Assembly (NCBI GenBank): GCA_001642005.1
Contig: LWCA01000223.1
Location: 1 to 39,266, forward strand
DNA: 39,266 nucleotides
Reading direction: 5' to 3'
Source of the DNA: Intoshia linei
Taxonomy: Eukaryota; Animalia; Orthonectida
Shown here: piece by piece, positions 36,301 through 39,266 of the stretch
Layout of the letters: the number at the start of each line of letters is the position of its first letter
Numbering within the stretch: position 1 is the first letter of the stretch
Program-made: the position numbers and the translations under genes
Notes under the pieces: model-generated
The model's input: only the letters and a program-made list of their open reading frames with translations
What the model was told of the DNA's origin: nothing
Database searches by the model: none

Positions 36301-37181
36301 AAAAATAATAAATATTTAATATCGATAAAATTTTCCGTGTCGTGTTTCATGTCAGTCTAATACGGATCATACTACACATCACAAATCATGATTTATTACC
36401 TTAAAAAATATTAATGGTTTATAAGAAATTTAGTTGGTGGTACGAGAAACATTTTACAAGAATATTTAAATGTTGAAATGTTTATGTTACCTTGAAAAGT
36501 GTTTTAAATTAATGGAGGACTTCAAAATGCAATATTTTTGACAAATATCAAAGTTTTAAATAATTTTTAATAAACTCATAAGGGTTAATTTAAAGTTTTC
36601 TGTAATAGAAAAAAAGATAAATATTCAAATTTCCAAAGGTATCGACTCTATCAAACGATAAGCTTACATGTGCTTACAATATAAAATTCTTCGTAAATTT
36701 TGGAACACTTCTAATGCACATATCATTAGACTAAATCATATACCTCATAAACAAATGCATGTCCAAATAAACCACATAAACAAAAAACTAAAATAAAATA
36801 TAAAACAATCAACAATAAAGTACCTGAATAATTAGATTAAAGACGAGCAGAGCACAGGATTCAGTTATTTTTTTTCTAACAATAAGTCCGACTGACCCGA
36901 TAAACTGTGTAATTAAATTGAATATAATAAACACAAATCCCCAAAACTTAGAATTCCACTGATATTTAAAATATGAAATTTGGGTGGAATAGTCATAAAC
37001 CATTCGAAAGCTGTCATCAAGAAATGTACTGACCAATAATAGACGAGCTAAAACGGGAATGATGTGTCTTCCTTTTCTATAACACTTGGAATTTTAGTAA
37101 ATAAAAACAGCAATGTACGTAATCCACATGATTGTCAAATGCTTCAAATTTTTTTGAATATTCTTCTTTTAGTAAATCCAT
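33342..37181 (-). CDS. SURF4: Surfeit locus protein 4 (Erv29 homologue), ER cargo receptor
   Basis: Approximate exons 37181-37119, 37085-36824, 36787-36744 and 33807-33342. Motifs: IPVLARLLLVSTFLDDSFRM, KYDFFQTLSVIGGLL, GAGSISIDEYKKQF* (C-terminal KKxx). Confidence 0.95.
33985..35290 (-). mobile_element. Cluster of Helitron-like family copies in the 2.9-kb SURF4 intron
   Basis: 33985-34190 ends ACACACACAAACA...TTTTATATATGTAAGGAT. 34645-35158 matches 22290-22965. 35165-35290 matches ~9040-9160. Confidence 0.6.
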
Positions 37182-38292
37182 TTATCAATTTTTAATAATA
37201 AATAAAATGCACTGTAGTCCTAGAACTTCAAATTTACTGATATCTATTCTATGTAATGATTCTAAAACTAAACTTATATTTGCTCAAATACATAGTGTTT
37301 GTTTCTAGTTGTATTGATTATAATATGTAAAACATGAAAGTACAATTTAATTGGAATTATAAATGTATCATTTTGTCGCGAATCGCGATATCATTAATAC
37401 TATAAATGAATAAATATTATAGAATTTAATCATCTATAAGTTTTTTCAGCGTTAATGATGATTACATTAAATTTACAATCCTTAGTGCTATAAAGTAAAA
37501 TAGCTAAAAATGTATGTTAGTTTGAAACCATTTACATTTGTATTCAACACATTAATGTAGTCGTAGAATTATAAAAATTAAATTCTGAAACATTGTTTTA
37601 AAATGATTAATATTATCGTAAATTTCAACCTCAGAAACTTGAAATCTCAGAAATCATTCATGATCAAAATCACAAATTAACCAATATTTTGAAAAATATA
37701 AAAAAACAAATAGACTAGTCTCAAATTAAAATAATTTTTTTTTAAAGTTAATGATTTAAAATTAAATTTATTGTTTTTATATATTTCATTTTTTAAAAAT
37801 TGTGTATTTTTCAGGTTGATATTAATTGTGGCCGTTATAATTTAGCTTAATTGGATATCGCTTTCCGATTGTATCCAATAATAAGTACTGGATAAAGGAT
37901 TGGAAAAAATTAAATAATAATAAAATTTTCAGTTTATAATAAAAAAAAAATGGACATTTTATGAATTTGACGAGTAAAAAGTTATTACTAAAAATTGAAA
38001 AATTTCCGTTCAAGAATTTAATGATTAATGGGGGAATATAAATTTTTACAATAACCGTTAACAAATTATTGTATACAAGATACTAGATTCAAGTTAACAT
38101 ACCTAGTATCACTATATAATAGTGAAATTTCAAAAGCGACTAGCTGAATAATCCCATTGAATACACATCAATACAAAAATGAAATTTCCATTCAATCTAA
38201 CTGAAACCATTACACTACATTGATGTGATTGTTTCTATATTGTAGTAAAAGTGAATTTAGAAAATAAAACAAGAATATAAAATAAGAAATGA

Positions 38293-38368
38293 TAATTTAA
38301 TTAATTACAACTGTATATTATATTTTTTTGTAATTTAATTAATTACAACTTTATATTATATTTTTTTG
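38293..38368. repeat. 38-bp tandem duplication spanning the stop codon of the ADAR-like gene
   Basis: TAATTTAATTAATTACAACT(G/T)TATATTATATTTTTTTG occurs twice (38293-38330 and 38331-38368). Confidence 0.85.
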
Positions 38369-39100
38369 TAATTTCATTAATATCAGACAGGGAATTGATC
38401 AAGACAGTTGTATTGAAAGTTAAATAAGATTTTGAACTAGATTCATCATCAGGGTTGTATTTCATTTTTTTAAAATCATGTATTTCAATTTTTTGAGATT
38501 TAGCAAAAATGTGCCTGGTCAAATCAATAGAACGTTTTCTTTCGTCATCCACGTTCTCTAAAATGTAATCATTTAAATCCATTTCACCGTCATTAACATA
38601 GAACTTATCAATGTCAACTGGTTTACCCACCCACATACCCATCTTCTTATTAACCAAATGGGAAAATAATGCTTTTTTGTGTTTAATATAATCAGTAGCC
38701 AATTGTTTCGATTCCAAATAATTCAATTTGGCGTAATCTTTACATACTTCCATACTATTAAGTAAATTGGTAATTTTTAAAAAAATTCTGTAAATATTGA
38801 ATTTTGTAATAGGATTCATATTTTCATCTTCATTTCCATTCAAACTTAATCCGTTGTGAATTTGGAATCTTACCGTCTAAAAATTAAAATTAATTAATAA
38901 AGTAAATAGTAATAATTATAATCAATAACAATCCATTTAAAATTCTAAATGCTAAATGAAGCCACCCAGCAAAGCAGGAATGGATATCGATGGTTCTGTT
39001 TTTGACCGTTAAAATTCACAAGAGCTGAAATAATGTTAAACGAATAATTAGAAACCGTAATATGTAAACCATGTCACAATCCTCAACTTCTCAATTTTAT
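38343..39100 (-). CDS. 3' exons of an ADAR/ADAD-family adenosine deaminase (A_deamin C-terminus); gene continues beyond the window
   Basis: The last exon 38876-38343 contains PITK...YLESKQLATDYIKHKKALF...MGMWVGKPVDIDKF, matching ADAR2 YHESKLAAKEYQAAKARLF...LGAWVEKPTEQDQF. Probable upstream exons are ~39024-38966 (RYPFLLCW) and ~39100-39056. Confidence 0.8.
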
Positions 39101-39168
39101 CTACTGGTTATCTAACGAGGTATCATAATACTATAATACAAATATATATAGTAATATACGTACTTTAT

Positions 39169-39266
39169 GGTGTCACACCCATTAAAGAATCAAGGGCAAT
39201 TACCACTACAATTGTGTATTTTTAAAATAGAAAAACTAATTCGCAATCAAAAACATTTAACGCTAT
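39169..39266 (+). mobile_element. Second copy of the hATm-like left terminus, probably intronic in the ADAR-like gene
   Basis: Nearly identical to 19977-20075. Confidence 0.7.

Noticed and set aside
3393-39100. Functional cluster of perilipin, dynamin, SLC45, SURF4 and ADAR (lipid/trafficking theme)
   Set aside because: Mixed orientations and long TE-filled spacers; no shared regulatory element is visible, and adjacency in an animal genome is not evidence of a pathway.

Overview
Very AT-rich animal (metazoan) genomic DNA, not prokaryotic. Most GT-AG introns are tiny (about 31-47 nt) and a few are kilobase introns filled with transposons; this resembles compact parasite genomes such as the orthonectid Intoshia, but the organism cannot be established from the window. 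Gene models were assembled by hand from splice sites: a perilipin-like gene (+, about 3.4-4.8 kb), an orphan exon (+, 10.7-11.0 kb), a divergent classical dynamin (+, 11183-20828), an SLC45 sugar/H+ transporter (+, 27009-32512), an orphan single-pass tyrosine-motif membrane protein (-, 32516-33126) whose stop lies 3 bp from the SLC45 stop, SURF4 (-, 33342-37181) and the 3' end of an ADAR-family adenosine deaminase (-, 38343 to >39100). The remainder is decayed DNA transposons: four Tc1-family copies, hAT MITEs, a hATm-like and a possible Sola-like remnant, and an abundant non-autonomous Helitron-like family with internal ~110-130 bp modules. Two duplications sit against N gaps and are probably assembly artefacts. 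No rRNA, tRNA or CRISPR array was recognised. Best leads: a nested RNA stem over a dynamin 3' splice site, loss of dynamin assembly residues, the tail-to-tail SLC45/orphan pair, and an in-frame TAG plus a long C-terminal extension in the ADAR-like gene.
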